Assembly: GCF_018350175.1 (NCBI RefSeq)
Contig: NC_058368.1
Span: 239,260,001-239,324,000, forward strand
Length of the DNA: 64,000 nt
Source: Felis catus
Taxonomy: Eukaryota
Direction: 5' to 3'
Below, piece by piece: positions 47,156 to 60,768 of the stretch. The number at the start of each line of letters is the position of its first letter. Within the stretch, counting starts at the first letter, position 1. The position numbers and the translations under genes are program-made. The notes below the pieces were generated by a model, which worked only from the letters and a program-made list of their open reading frames with translations, did not search any database and was not told the origin of the DNA.

Positions 47156-48467
47156 GGGGCGCCTGGGTGGCGCAGTCGGTTAAGCGTCCGACTTCAGCCA
47201 GGTCACGATCTCGCGGTCCGTGAGTTCGAGCCCTGCGTCAGGCTCTGGGCTGATGGCTCGGAGCCTGGAGCCTGTTTCCGATTCTGTGTCTCCCTCTCTC
47301 TCTGCCCCTCCCCCGTTCATGCTCTGTCTCTCTCTGTCCCAAAAATAAATAAACGTTGAAAAAAAAAAAAAACTTAGAGTTTGATGTCTTACTGAAGGTT
47401 GCCTTTCGCATTTATGTTAGGTTTCCTAAGAGTTGAAGTTTACAAAATACTTAATGTTTTTATACACCTGGAGTTGGAAATTGTACCTTAAATACACTGG
47501 TATATTCTTTTTTTAGATTTTTAAAAAACGTTTAGTTATTTTTGAAAGAGAAAGCTTGAGCAGGGGAGGGGCAGAGAGAAAGGGAACCTGAGCTGGCAGC
47601 ACTGAGCCAGTTGTGGGGCTCAAACCCACAAACCGTGAGATCATGACCTAAGCCGGACGCTTGACCAACTGAGCCACTCAGGCTCCCCCCACACTGGTGT
47701 ATTCCTAAGAGTGAAGGCCTCATTAAGCAGGTCCTTGCCATGTACTCACACTGGGTCGCCAGAAGGGGGAGGCACTGTCCAACCTCCAGGAGCCACGGCC
47801 TGGGAGGAAGGTGAGGGTCTGGTGCAGACACAGCTAGTATTTACTGAGCACCTGCCAGGTACCCTCACACCTGTGGCCCCATTTAATTAAAAATTAAGAT
47901 TTTTCAGGGGCGCCTGGGTGGCTTAGTTGGTTGAGCATCCTACTTCAGCTCAGGTCATGATCTCATGGTTTGTGAGTTCAAGCCCCGCGTCAGGCTCTGT
48001 GCTGCCAGCTCAGGGCCTGGAGTCTGCTTTGGATTCTGTGTCTCCCTCTTTCTCTGCTCCTCCCCTGTTGGCGCTCTGTCTCTCTCTCAAAAGTGAATAA
48101 AGATTATTTTTTTAAACTAAGATTTTCAGATTGGAAAAATAATACTCGTGCATTGCAGAAACTGGAGGGTTCAGAAAAAACAAAACAACAATCCCAACAC
48201 CAACCCCCAGAAGTCAAAATTGTTGACATTTATGTGTGTTTCATTTCATTATTTTTTCCTGTGTATTTTTTCAAATGTTGACAGAGAGAGAGAGATCGCG
48301 CGTGCGCGTGAGAACAAACAGGAGCCGGGCAGAGAGATAGAGAGAGAGAGGGAGAATCCTAAGCAGGCTCCACGCTGCAAGCACAGAGCCCAACATGGGG
48401 CTCGAACCCATGAACCAGCTGAAACAAAGAATCGAACACTTAACTGACTGAGCCACCCAGGTGCCCC
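47156..48467. mobile_element. Four alternating CanSINEs: 47156-47370 (+, young SINEC_Fc), about 47510-47690 (-), 47906-48115 (+), about 48270-48467 (-)
   Basis: Heads and tails recognisable; TSD aaaacttagagtttg around the first. Confidence 0.9.
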
Positions 48468-50633
48468 TTTTCCCGTGTATGTTTAATGGCTGAGATCACA
48501 TCACAAAAATACAGCAGTGCATGGTAATTTTATCACCTAATGGTATTTCATCAGCCTCTCCTGTGCTACAAGAAACTCTTCGCCCAGACCACTTCAATGC
48601 TGCATATTTATTTTCCCCCAATTTTGCTCTGACAAATTAAAATACCATGCCCATTGTTGGGCCTGGAGGCCCACCTGGGTGTCACATGCTTCTGTGGAAT
48701 CTGAGGCCATGGAGCAGGTTGATGGGTGTGGCCATGGCATGGGGTGGAGCCAGTGCCCACCAATCTGGGTGGCCACAGGTGTGGCCAGTGTCCTTGCTAT
48801 ATGGTCAGCACCCACCTCACGCTGGACACAAAGATCCAGGACATCATCCAGCCCTGTGGTCAGCAGCAGTGAGATTCCCAAGGACCACTTTCTCCCAAGG
48901 AGAGAAGTCCAACCTGAGCTGTGGCCTAAAGGTATGTAGCTGGGGTCAGTGGTGTGAGCCCCAGGAATGAGCTTCATGACAGAAAGTTCTGGAAGCAGAG
49001 GGTCCAAGGCCGACCATCACTTGTAGGTGACCCCTTCCCCGGGGGCCTGAGCAGACTCAAGGTGGGGAGTATGGGAGGACTGTGCAGCCCTCACACCCCA
49101 GCCCTGTCACTCCCCCTCCTGGCATGAAAACAGCTCCACTGCCCAGACCCCTAAGGGCACTGCCAGGGAGAAACCGCCAAGGCTGGGGAGAGGCTGGCCC
49201 CTCTCCTCCTCTGCTCTTTCATGCCACTGCAGGCAGGGTGCAGATGTGAAACAACAGCCCTGGCAGATGTGCTTCCCTCTGTCAGGTGGCTGGGCAGGGG
49301 ATAAAATGTGCCAAGTATGTGTTGCTGGCATCTTCTGTCTCTGCAGTGGGATGTAGTAGCTGTGGAATGGCCTCGAGCCGCTGTGATAGCAGTAGTTATC
49401 TTTAACCAACACTGAGTGAAGGCCAACAACACGCTAAGCACTTTGCATCCATGATGGCATTGAACCCTTACTCCACGAGAAGATATGCTGGTTGGGACTC
49501 ATCAGCTGCAGGTGATAAGATGCCTGCTGAATCTTGGCTAAATGATGGAGAGGAGGAATTCTCTCATGCAGAGTGTGAAGGACAAAAGCCCCATGGTAGG
49601 AGCAGAGGCTCACAGACACCGAGAACTGGGTGCTTTCTCTTTCACAGCCTTCCATGTACATGTGTTTCATTCTGATGCTGGTTACTGCATGGTCCTGGGA
49701 TGACTTCCCCAGCTTAGTGGTCACACCCTTATACCCAATGTCTCAAGCAGGGAAAAGTAGCTTCCTGTGTATTGTCTTTCTTATGGGAGTACGTTCTCAT
49801 AAATATTCCTGCCCCCAGCAGACTTCTCTTTATCTATCATAGGCCATAAAGGAGCCAGTGATTTCCCCCGGTTACAAGGAAGGCTTGGAAAGTGGATGTC
49901 TCTGTAGTGGGAGGCAGCAAAAGACAAGGGCTGGGAAAGACCATAAGCTAGACAGTCAAGTGTCTGCTCAGGCGGGTACTGTTACTACCTTGTCTATAGA
50001 TGAACAGAATCAAAGACCAGAGAGATGAAAAGATGGCTTGCCTAGGTCTTTACAGAGTTTGTAGTGGCAGAACCCACATCATTCCTCTCACAGAGCCTGC
50101 GATCCTAACCCCTGTCCAGTACCACTTGGCAGGGACACCCAGGCAGCCGTCCACAATTCAGGCTGATAAATGGTGAGCACCAAGTGCTGTGATGACACAG
50201 AGGACAGAGAATCTTCTAGGGCACGGCCATGGGGAGTGAGCTGGAGAGGAGAGCTGTGGTTGCACTGGTCTTTGAAAGGTAAGTAGAACTTCCACCAGGT
50301 TCAGGGGAAATGGCACGAGGGGGGCAGGCCCCAGGATGAATGAAAGTGGGTGATGGGACAGTGCATGCTGGGTGGATTAATCAAGACTCTTTGGGTTGTC
50401 AGATGAATTTGTCTTGTGTCACTGGGAAGCCTGGAGGAGAGGGGCCTCAGACCTAGTCCAAGTAGGGGGCTTAAACATGTCACTGGGGCTGTTTCTCTCC
50501 CTTGCCCCACTTGGCTTCACTGTGCAGACAGGCTGGGTCAAGATGCAAATCCTCCTGATACATAAACCCAGTGGAAAGAGGGTATCTTGTCTTCAATATC
50601 TTTATTCAAGTTCCAGGGAAGACTCCGACTGGG

Positions 50634-50990
50634 CGTCTCAGTCCTTCCAAGCTGCTCTAACAAAAATACTATAGATTGGGTAGCTTATAAACACAGAAAT
50701 GTCTTTCTCACTATCCTGTAGCCTGGAAAGTCCAGGATCAAGGTATTGGCATTTTTGTTGTCTTGTCAGGACGAGCTGCCTGGTTCACAGATGACCAACT
50801 TTTTGCTGTGTCCTCACACATGTCAGAAGGGGCAAGGGCGTGCTCTCTAGGACCTCCTTTATAATGGCATGGATGGGATGGACCAAATCGCTTCTTAATT
50901 CTATCTTAATTCTATCTATCCACTTCTTAATTCTATCACATATGGAAAACATACAAATTTTGTGGGGGACACAAACATTCAGTCTATAGC
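50634..50990 (-). mobile_element. MLT1A-like MaLR solo LTR
   Basis: gctgctctaacaaaaatactatagattgggtagcttataaacacagaaat...tgtgtcctcacacatg...gggggacacaaacattcagtctatagca. Confidence 0.8.
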
Positions 50991-51229
50991 AGTAGGTCAT
51001 GTGCCAATCCCTGAAGGTGGTGTCTGAAGGTGGGATAAAGGGTGAACACAGAGAGCCACAGCCTTTCCAGAATAGTGGAGCATCATGGCAGCATGGTGGA
51101 GAGGTACCTCCTAAATGATAAGGCAGAGATGCCGAGCATACAACATATATCCATTCGTACATCTGCAATCTGTGGTAGATGCCTTCAACTTCGGTACTTT
51201 AATTTCCTCATCTGAAAAACTGACTAATT

Positions 51230-52230
51230 TCTCCACCACCATTTGTTGAAAAAACTGTCCTTACCCTCTGAATGGTCTTGGCATCCTTGTCAAACATCAT
51301 TTGACCATATACGTGATGATTTATTTCTGGGCTCTCTACTCTGTTCCATTGGTCTATATGTTTGTCTTATGGCAGTGCCACATTATTTTAATTACTGTAG
51401 CTTTGTAATGAGTTTTAAAAATCAGGAAATGTGTGTCTTCCAACCTTGTTCTTCTTCAAGATTCCTTTGGCTACTTGGACTCCCTTGAGATTCCATAGGA
51501 ATTTTAGGATGGATATTTCTATTACTGCAAAAAACATTGGTGTGGTTTTGATAGAGACCACATTGACTCTGCAGATCACTTTGGGTAATACTGCCATCTT
51601 CACAGTATTAAATCTTCCAGTCCGTGAACATGGATGTCTTTCCATATCTTAGGTCTTCTTTTCTTTCTCAAGCAACGTTTTGTAGTTTTCAATATGCAAG
51701 TCTTTCACCTCTTTAAGTTTATTACTACATATTTTATTCCTTTGGAAGCTATTGTAAATCTTTTAGTTTACTCCTTTTTAGTTTACTTTTCAGATTGTTC
51801 ATCATTAGTATGATTAGTACACACACTGAACTGTGTGTACTTTTGTATCCTGCAACTTTGCAGAAGTTGTTTATTAGTTCCAACAATTTTTTTTGTGTGG
51901 AATCTTTAGGGTTTTCTACATATAAGATCACATCATTTGTGAACAGAGATAGTTTTACTTCTTTCTTTCTGAATCGGATGTCTTTAATTTCTTTTTCTTG
52001 CCTGATTGCTCTGGCTAGAACTTCTAGGAAGTGGGCATCCTTGTCTTATTCCTGGTCTTAGAGGAAACCCTTTTAGTCTTTCACCACCGAGTATGAATTA
52101 GCTGTGGGTTTTTCCATACATGGCCTTTCTTTTGTTGAGGCAGTTTCTTTCCATTCTTAGTTTAAGTGGTTTTATCATGAAACAATGTTGAATTTTGTCA
52201 AAATGTTTTTTTTGTAATAACTGAAATGAT
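51230..52230 (-). mobile_element. L1 ORF2 fragment, antisense
   Basis: Minus-strand translations [21 protein letters not shown] and FNTVKMAVLPKVICR...ILKFLWN are L1 ORF2 motifs. Confidence 0.88.
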
Positions 52231-53110
52231 GAGAAGAAGTTTCTTCAGGTTGAACTTGTGGGGGATTTGACTATAATTTCACAATAATGCATATGCCACG
52301 AACAAGGAAATTATGGCAATATTATTCCAAAGTAGAATGTATATCAAAGGTTTGAAAAGGAAACAAGGAACACCATTCTTCTTGGCCCCAACACAGTCCA
52401 TAATTCTGAGATTCTCCTTGGGCAAATCTACCAAGGTTTTGATTATAAAACTTTTGCAGCCAAATTAGATAGATGTTATAAATCTTCTAGTCATGTTCTG
52501 AATAGATCCAGTTCCAGGTTGCAAGGAGCAATTCTTGATCTCATTTCAATATCTTCTCTAAATGGTGTGCTCAGAACATTCACAGTGTGTCAAGAAAGAA
52601 GCATCAGAACCAAAGTGTTTTTTTTTTATTATTATTCAAAAGGAAGTCAGTGGGTTTCACTGTTTATGAGCTGCAGTTCAGCTGCTATAAAAACATAAGC
52701 AGGGTCCTTTTTTTTGTATTTATTTATTTTGAGAGAGAGAGAGAGGGAGGGGCAGAGAGAATCCCAAGGAGGCTCTGCACTGTCAGTACAGAGCCGGAAT
52801 GTAAGGCTCAAACTCAAGAACTGTGACATCATGACCTGAGCTGAAATCAAGAGTCAGACGCTTAACCAACTGAGCCACTCAGGCGCCCTGGGTCCTTCTT
52901 TATAACAGGCTTTCAACAGCAGTCCAGGAACCTGAATTTCTCTAGATCAGTAGCAGGTTTTCAATTATAATAGATGTACCACAGCAGTTACTACAGTACT
53001 CCAAAAAGCTCAGCTTCACTCTCCGACTTGGAAAACTTAAAATAGAACAAAACTTCTATGGTCCTTTGGAAAAGCCAGAAGGAGAACTTGGGTGTAGATT
53101 AAATGTGAGA
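52231..53110 (-). mobile_element. Degenerate endogenous retrovirus internal fragment (integrase C-terminus into env start), interrupted by a CanSINE at about 52710-52889
   Basis: Frame-broken minus-strand translation gives CSLQPG(x)WIY, then AAKVL*SKPW, then hydrophobic ILLWNNIAIISLFVAYALL*NYS. Confidence 0.5.
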
Positions 53111-53569
53111 AGTGAGGCTGAGCCTCCCTGGGTCTTTGATGACTCCCCAGCCCATTCTTTCATGGAGACTATGTACTGTCCACTTGTCCTGGGCCTAAAT
53201 GGACACAGAGGGATGAGCTTCCCTCTCTGTGTGTCCATGGAACCTTGTCCTCACTGTTTGCTGTCATGGCCCTGTACCCCTGGTCCTGTGGCTGACCCCA
53301 GGTGGTCCACACAGCAACCTACCATTAGGAACCAGAGACAGCTGAGAGTATTTGCAGACCAACTGCCTTCTCAAATGGTGAATGTGCAGTGGTCAGGCCA
53401 CTAGATGGTCTTCAATACGCCCTCAGCCTTAACTCTGTGCACAGTCTGGCTGCCATATGCACCTCCATTTACCTTGGCCTTGTGGGTTTTTTAAAAAATT
53501 TTTTAAAATGTTTATTCATTTTTTTTAATTTAAATGTTTTTATTTGTGTCTTCATATACTTAAAGTGTA

Positions 53570-53944
53570 TTTTTTTTTAATTTTTAAATTTTATTTTTTT
53601 AAATTTACATCCAAATTAGTTATCATATAGTGTAACAATGATTTCAGGAGTCGATTCCTTAATCCCCCTTACCCATTCAGCCCATCCCCCCTCCCACAAC
53701 CCCTCCAGCAACCCTCTGTTTGTTCTCCATATTTAAGAGTCTCATTTTTTGAAAGAGAGAGACAGAGAGAGACAGAGAATGGGCGGGGGAGGGGCAGAGA
53801 GAGAGGGAAACACAGAATCTGAAGCAGGCTCCAGGCTCCAAGCTGTCAGCACAGAGCCTCATGTGGGACTCAAACCCACGAACCACGAGATCATGACCTG
53901 AGCCAAAGTTGGATGCTCAACCGCCTGAGCCATCCAGGCTCCCC
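53570..53944 (-). mobile_element. Felid L1 extreme 3' end (53570-53742) abutting a CanSINE (53745-53944)
   Basis: tttacatccaaattagtta...ccccctcccacaacccctccagcaaccctctgtttgttctccatatttaagagtct is the reverse complement of the L1 3' UTR seen at about 60080-60220. Confidence 0.85.
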
Positions 53945-54115
53945 AGTTTCATTTTTGATTTTAGTAATTAGGGGATATTTCTAAAATTAGGAAAGTAGAA
54001 CATGCACAACTGGCCTTTTTCTGTACTCACAGGTCTACCACAGCACAGGCATGCTGACATCACCACATGTCCCCTTGTCATGGTTTTACAAGTACATGTT
54101 AAAAAACTGATGCAA

Positions 54116-54282
54116 GGGGTGCCTGTGTGGCTCAGTCGGTTGAGCATCCGACTTTGGCTTAGGTAACGATCTCATGGCTCGTGAGTTTGAGCCCCGCATC
54201 AGGCTCTGTGCTGATAGCTTGGAGCCTGGAACCTGCTTCGGATTCTGTGTCTCCCTCTCTCTTTGCCCCTCCCCCACACATG

Positions 54283-54313
<31 letters not shown>

Positions 54314-54338
54314 AAATAAATAAACATTCAAAAAAAAA
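54116..54338 (+). mobile_element. CanSINE
   Basis: TSD aaaaaactgatg on both sides. Confidence 0.9.
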
Positions 54339-55739
54339 CTGATGTGAAACAAATATACACCACTTTTTGGCTTCATATTATAATAATTTCCTCATGTATT
54401 TTTTAAAAACTTCTTTCAAAACAATTTTAACCTGTGTATAACAGTCTATCATATTTATACACTATTAATTTAACCATTCCCCTAACATTTATTTCCATTT
54501 TTTAACTATTGTAAGTAATGTCACAACATGTACTGTTATGAATAAATCTGGTCCTGTATTTTAGATCCTTTGCTGTGGTCTAAGATATCTGATTCTAACT
54601 GTGTGTGACACTATAGTGTCCACACATATTTCCACGAATATGACAAGAGTTTCAGATAGTCTATCGTACTGAATTCTCCCTGCTCTGAATATTAATCTTT
54701 ATATTTTTCTGCTTGTCAGTAAGCAAAAACCTGTCTTGTGTACCTGGTGCCTCTCTGACCACCAAGAGGCTGGGTTTCCCCAGAGTTTCTGTGGGCAAGT
54801 AGTGCCTCTTCTGGACATTGCCTCTCCAAGGCTGGCTTTTATACAGGACTTAGTATTTTACTTATGTCTATGAGTTCTCTGCAAACACGATGTAAGAAAC
54901 AGCTTTTATTTGGCTGTTCATTGGCTTCTGAAACACAGATTTACTAGATGTTTCTGCCATCAATCTATCAGTTTCCTTTTTGCGACCTTGAGCCTGAGAA
55001 GTCAGTCCCCTCCCCTCTCTGTGTTTCACCCTAACTCATAGACAAAAGCCTCTGCTGGTGTTTTCCTAAGTGGCCTGCACAGTGCTAGGTGACCGCTCAC
55101 CACACCCCTGAGACCTGCCCCCCTCCCTGTGACTCCCATGCTGACCGCATTGTTCACAGTCCCTCTGGCTCTGGGTGATCAGGACTGGTAGCTGGTCTGT
55201 CAGAGCAGGCCATCACTATAAAAGAATGGCCATACACACTCAGAATGTTTTATTTTTGCTTTAAATATGTAAATGCACATTCCTGAACCTCCATCCCTTA
55301 GAGGTTTGCCCCTCCCAGTGCTCTCCCTCAGCCCCAGGTGAGCTCTCATGGCTCCTTTATGGTTAATCCCACGTTACTAGATGATAGTTCTCTACACTAA
55401 GCTCCCTGAGGTAGATTTCTGTGTGGGTCAGTCTCTTCATGGGACTCTAACAGGCACAGAGACCCATCTTTTCTCTGCTGACTTGGGGGCTCCACTGTCT
55501 CCCCTGGGTTGGCCACAGTCATGTTGCTGTGTCTCACAGCACCTCTCAAATGGAGCGAGAACATAAAGACAGTAGGCAAAGAATATGGATGGAGAACTCT
55601 TCCGGATTTCCCCCCAAATATCCTAGTCTCTCAGGTGTCTTGCTCATACCTAATGTGATGGCACCTTTTTGTAAGACTTTAGGGAGTCTCTGCTGAACAT
55701 TCAACTCGTTTTCACAGAAAAAGCTATCCCTCTTTATTT

Positions 55740-56963
55740 CTGCATTCATATTTAATCAGTTTAGGGTTCAATTAAATTGGATTTAATTAGCTCTTCTTTT
55801 CCTACCTTAAGGTGGAAATTTAGGTAAGTGATATCAGACTTCCTCCACAAAACTACGTATTAGTTTAAACTATATTATACATTAAGCATTGCTTTAGTTG
55901 TATGTAAACATTTCTGCACATTGTGTTTTCATTATGATTCAGTTCCAATAATTTTCCTTGTGATTTCTCTAAGTCATGGGTTCTTTCGAAATGTGTTATT
56001 TGATTTCCAAAAATTTGGGAGTTTCTACTTATTTGTTGTTATTTAATTCTGATGATAGCATTGTGGTTACAAAAAAATACTTTATTTCTGCCCTTTCAAA
56101 TTTATGAAATTGTATTTTTTTAGAGACCTACAGCATGTTGTCTATCTTGAAAAAATTTCATGTGCACTGGAAAGAATGTGTGTTCTGCATTTGTTGGATG
56201 TAATGTTCTATAAATGTCAAATAGGTCAGTGTGTTAGGTGTTGTTTGGATCTTTTATATCCTTATTGATTTTTTTTTACTGATCATTTTATCAATTTTTG
56301 ACAGAAGTACATGAAAATTTCCATTTAGTGTTGCCAGTTGTTTGTCTTAATGTACTCAGAAGCTCTCTTACTAGGGACTCTGTTGATAAATGGAGGCTTT
56401 TATCACTATGAATTGTCCTGTCCCCATGTGTCTCCTGTGACTCTGTCAGAGACCTAACTTGTCTGACAGAAAAATCATCACCTCACCTACTCATACTTAG
56501 TGGCATATCTTTTTCCATTCTTTTTCTTTCACCCTTTGTATGTGTTTATATTTTAAAGGGCATTCCTTATAACCAGCATTTAGTTCGTCTTGCCTTTTTC
56601 TCAGCCTGAGTCTGGCAATATTTGCTTTCAGTTGGATTTTTTAGTTCATTTAAGTACGTTGAAAATAATTACAAATATGGTTGGATTAAATCTGTCATCT
56701 TCACATCTGTCATCTGTTCATCTATTTGCCTATCTGTTTCTTTGTTCTTCCTTTTATCCTCTCTTCTGTGTTTTGGATTCCATTTATCTCCTCTACTGAT
56801 TTTTCGGTTATACCTCTTCGTGTTGCTTTCGGTAGTTGCTCTCAAGACTACAACATGCGTCTTTATTCAAGTAACATTTTGTTACTTTAAAACAATGTAA
56901 GAACCTAGAGTAGTACAATTCAATTTACTCCCTCCCACATTTTGTGCTTTTGTCATATATTTT
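55740..56963 (-). mobile_element. Old L1 (ORF2 endonuclease region to inter-ORF), antisense; boundaries approximate
   Basis: catgtgcactggaaagaatgtgtgttctgcatttgttggatgtaatgttctataaatgtcaaataggtc. Confidence 0.75.
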
Positions 56964-58801
56964 AAAAAATCTTATTTAAATTCCAGTTAGTTAACATACA
57001 GTGTAATATTAGTTTCAGGTGTACAATTTAGTGATTCAACACTCCCATACAATACCCAGGGTTCATCACAAGTGCACTCCTTCATCCCCATCACCTATTT
57101 GACTCCTCCCCTACTCATCTCTCCTCTGGTAGCCATCAGTGTGTTCTCTATAGTTAAGTGTGCTCTCTATAGTTCTTGGTTGGTCCCTCTTTTTTTCCTT
57201 TGCTCATTTGTTTAAATTCTGCATATGAGTGAGATCATATGGTATTTGTCTTTCTCTGACTTAGTTTGCTTAGCATTACACTGTCTAGCTCCTTCCATGT
57301 TGCTGCAAATTGTAAGATTTTATTTTTATGGCTGAGTAATATTCCAGTGTGTGTGTGTGTGTGTGTGTGTCCCACATCTTCTTTACCCATTCATCTATCA
57401 GTGGACACTTGGGTTGCTTCCATAGTTTGGCTATTGTTAATAATGCTGCAATAAACATAGGGTGCACATATCCCTTTGAATTAATGTTTTCATATTCTTT
57501 GGGTAAACCACACAGTAGTGTGATTACTGGATCATAGGGTAGTTCCCTTTTTAACTTTTTGAGGAACCTCCATACTGTTTTCCAGAGTGGCTGCACCGGT
57601 TTGCATTCCCACCAACAGCGCATGAGGGTTTCCCTTTCTCCAAATCCTTGCCAGCACATGTTGTTTCTTGGGTTGTTGATTTTAGCCAATCTCACAGGTA
57701 TGAGGTGATATCTCATTATAGTTATGATTTGCATTTCCCTGATGATCAGTGATGTTGAACATCTTTTCATGTACCTGTTAGCCATCTGTATGTCTTCTTT
57801 GAAGAAATGTCTGTTCATTAATTCTGACCATTTTTAATCAGAATATTTTTTTGGTGTTGATTTATATAAATTATTTATATATTTTTGATATTGAACTCTT
57901 ATTGGATATATAATTTGTAAAATATCTTCTCCCATTAGGTTGTCTTTTACTTTTGTTGATTGTTTCATATGCTGTGCAGAAGCTTTTTATTTTGGTGTAG
58001 TCCCAATAGTTTTTTTTTTTTTTTTTTTTGCTTTTGTTTGCCTTGCCTCAGGAGACATATCTAAAAAAATGTTGCTATGGCCAGTGTCAAGAGAAATTAC
58101 TGCCTGTGCTCGCTTATAGGACTTTTAATGGTTTCAGGTCTCACATACAGGGTCAGGGCCAGACAGCTTCACAGGCAAATTCTACCAAACATGTAAAGAA
58201 GAGTTAATACCTATTTTTCTCCAATTATTTCCAAAAATAGAAGAGGAAGGAAAACTCCCAAATTCATTCTATGAGGCCAACATTACTGATTCCAAAACCA
58301 GATAGAGATACAACAGCAAAAAAAGAGAGCTAAAGGCCAATATCTCTAATGAACACAGATGCAAAACTCCTCAACAAAGTACTAACAAACAAAATCCAAC
58401 AATATGTTAAAAAATCACTCATCATGATGTAGCAGGATTTATTCCTGGGTCGCAAGAATGGTTCAATATTCAGAAATCAATTGACATGATACGTCAAATC
58501 AGTAAGAGAAAGGATAAAAACCATATGATCATTTCAGTAGATGCAGAGAAAGCATTTGACAAAGTACAACATCCATTCATGATAAAAACCCTCAACAAAG
58601 TAGGTGTAGAGGGAACAGACCTCAACATCATAAAGGTCACATATGAAAAACCCATAGCTGACATCAATGGTAAAAAACTGAGAGCTTTCCCCTAAGGTCA
58701 GGAACAAGACATGGATGTCTACTCTCACCACTTTTGTTCAACATAGTACTGGGAGTCCTTGCCACAGCAAGCAGACAACAAAAAGAAATAAAAGGCATCC
58801 A

Positions 58802-59794
58802 TGGCACAAAAACAGACACTCAGATCAATGGAACAGAATAGAGAACCCAGAAATGGACCCACAAATGTATGGCCAACTAATCTTTGACAAGGCAGGAAAG
58901 AATATCCAATGGAATAGACAGTCTCTTCCGCAAGTGGTGCTGGGAAAACTGGACAGCGACATGCAGAAGAATGAACCTGGACCACTTTCTTACACCACAC
59001 ACAAAAATAAACTCAAGATGGATGAAAGACCTAAATGTAAGACAGGAATCCATCAAAATCTTAGAGGAGAAAGCAGGCAAAAACCTCTTTGACCTTGGCC
59101 ACAGCAACTTCTTACTCAACACGTCTCCAGAGGCAAGGGAAACAAAAGCAAAAATGAACTACTGGGACCTCTTCAAGATAAAAAGCTTCTGCACAGCGAA
59201 GGAAACCATCAGCAAAACTAAAAGGGAACTGACGGAATAGGAAAAGATATTTGCAAATGACATATCAGATAAAGGGTTAGTATCCAAAATCTATAAAGAA
59301 CTTATCAAACTCAACACCCTAAAACAAATAATCCAGTGAAGAAATGGGCAAAAGACATGAATAGACACTTCTCCAAAGAAGACACATCCAGATGGCCAAC
59401 CGACACATGAAAAAATGCTCAACATCAGGGAAATACAAATCAAAACCACAATGAGATACCACCTTACTCCTGTCAAAATGGCGAACATTAGCAACTCAGG
59501 CAACAACAGATGTTGGCAAGGATGCAGAGAAAGAGGATCTCTTTTGCATTGCTGGTGGGAATGCAAGCTGGTGCAGCCACTCTGGAAAATAGTATGGAGG
59601 TTCCTCAAAAAATTAAAAATAGAACTACCATATGACCCAGCAATTGCACTACTAGGTATTTATCCAAGGGATACAGGTGTGCTGTTTTGAAGGGACACAT
59701 GCACCCCCATGTTTATAGCAGCACTATCGACAATAGCCAAAGTATGGAAAGAGCCCAAATGTCCATTGATGGATGAACAGATAAAGAAGATGTG

Positions 59795-59839
<45 letters not shown>

Positions 59840-60240
59840 TGTGTATCTATACACACACACATACGCACACACACAGGAATATCACTCGGCAATCAAAAAG
59901 AATGAAATCTTGCCATTTGCAACTATGTGGATGGAACTAGAGGGTATTATGCCAAGCAAAATTAGTCAGACAAAGACAAATATCATATGACTTCACTCAT
60001 ATGAGGACTTTAAGAGACAAAACAGATGAACATAAGGGAAGGGAAACAAAAATAAAAACAGGGAGGGGGACAAAACATAAGAAACTCATAAATAGGGAGA
60101 ACAAATAGAGGGTTACTGGAGGGGTTGTGGGGGGGGATGGGATAAATGGGTAAGGGACATTAAGGAATCTATTCTTGAAATCATTGTTGCACTATATGCT
60201 AACTTGGCTGTAAATTAAAAAAATAAAATAAAAAAAAAAA
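58802..60240 (+). mobile_element. Younger 5'-truncated felid L1 nested in the older L1
   Basis: ORF2 C-terminus, 3' UTR and poly-A; exact 14-bp TSD ataaaaggcatcca at 58788-58801 and 60244-60257. Confidence 0.92.
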
Positions 60241-60564
60241 GATATAAAAGGCATCCAAATCCGTAAGGAAGAAGTAAAACTTCCACTATTTGCAGATGAC
60301 ATGACACTACATATAGAAAATCCTTCAGACTCCACCAAAAACTACTAGACCTGAGAAATCAATTCAGTAAGGTCACAGGATACAAAATCAATGTACAGAA
60401 ATACATCGCAGTTGTATGCACTAATGATGAAGCATCAGAGAAATTAAGAAAAAAATCCCATTACAACTGTACCAAAAATAATAAAATACCTGGGAATAAA
60501 CTTAACCAAAGAGGTGAAAGACCTGTACGCTGAAAACTATAAACTGCTGATGAAAGAAACTGAG

Positions 60565-60768
60565 ATGGTGTCTGGGTGGCTCAGTTGGTTAAGCGTCTGA
60601 CTTCGGCTCAGGTCATGATTTCGTGGTTCGTGAGTTCAAGCCTCTCATCAGGCTCTGTGCTGACAGCCAGAGCCTGGAGCCTGCTTCAGATTCTGTGTCT
60701 CCCTCTCTCGCTGTCCCTCCCCTGTTCATGCTTTTTCTCTCAAAAATAAATAAACATTAAAAAAAATT
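60565..60768 (+). mobile_element. CanSINE nested in L1 ORF2
   Basis: SINE head and tail; the L1 sequence resumes at attgaagacaacaca. Confidence 0.9.

Noticed and set aside
47156..47240. tRNA-like A/B-box sequences (here and at other SINE heads)
   Set aside because: These are tRNA-derived CanSINE heads, not tRNA genes
52231..53110. Endogenous bornavirus or other mononegavirus L-protein fragment (suggested by AELFGVL)
   Set aside because: No polymerase core motifs; the LQPG-WIY and AAKV-KPW motifs fit a retroviral integrase tail better
57285..59990. ORFs up to 177 aa with RT or ORF2 similarity as an active element
   Set aside because: Fragmented, truncated L1 copies with stops and frameshifts; no intact ORF1 or ORF2
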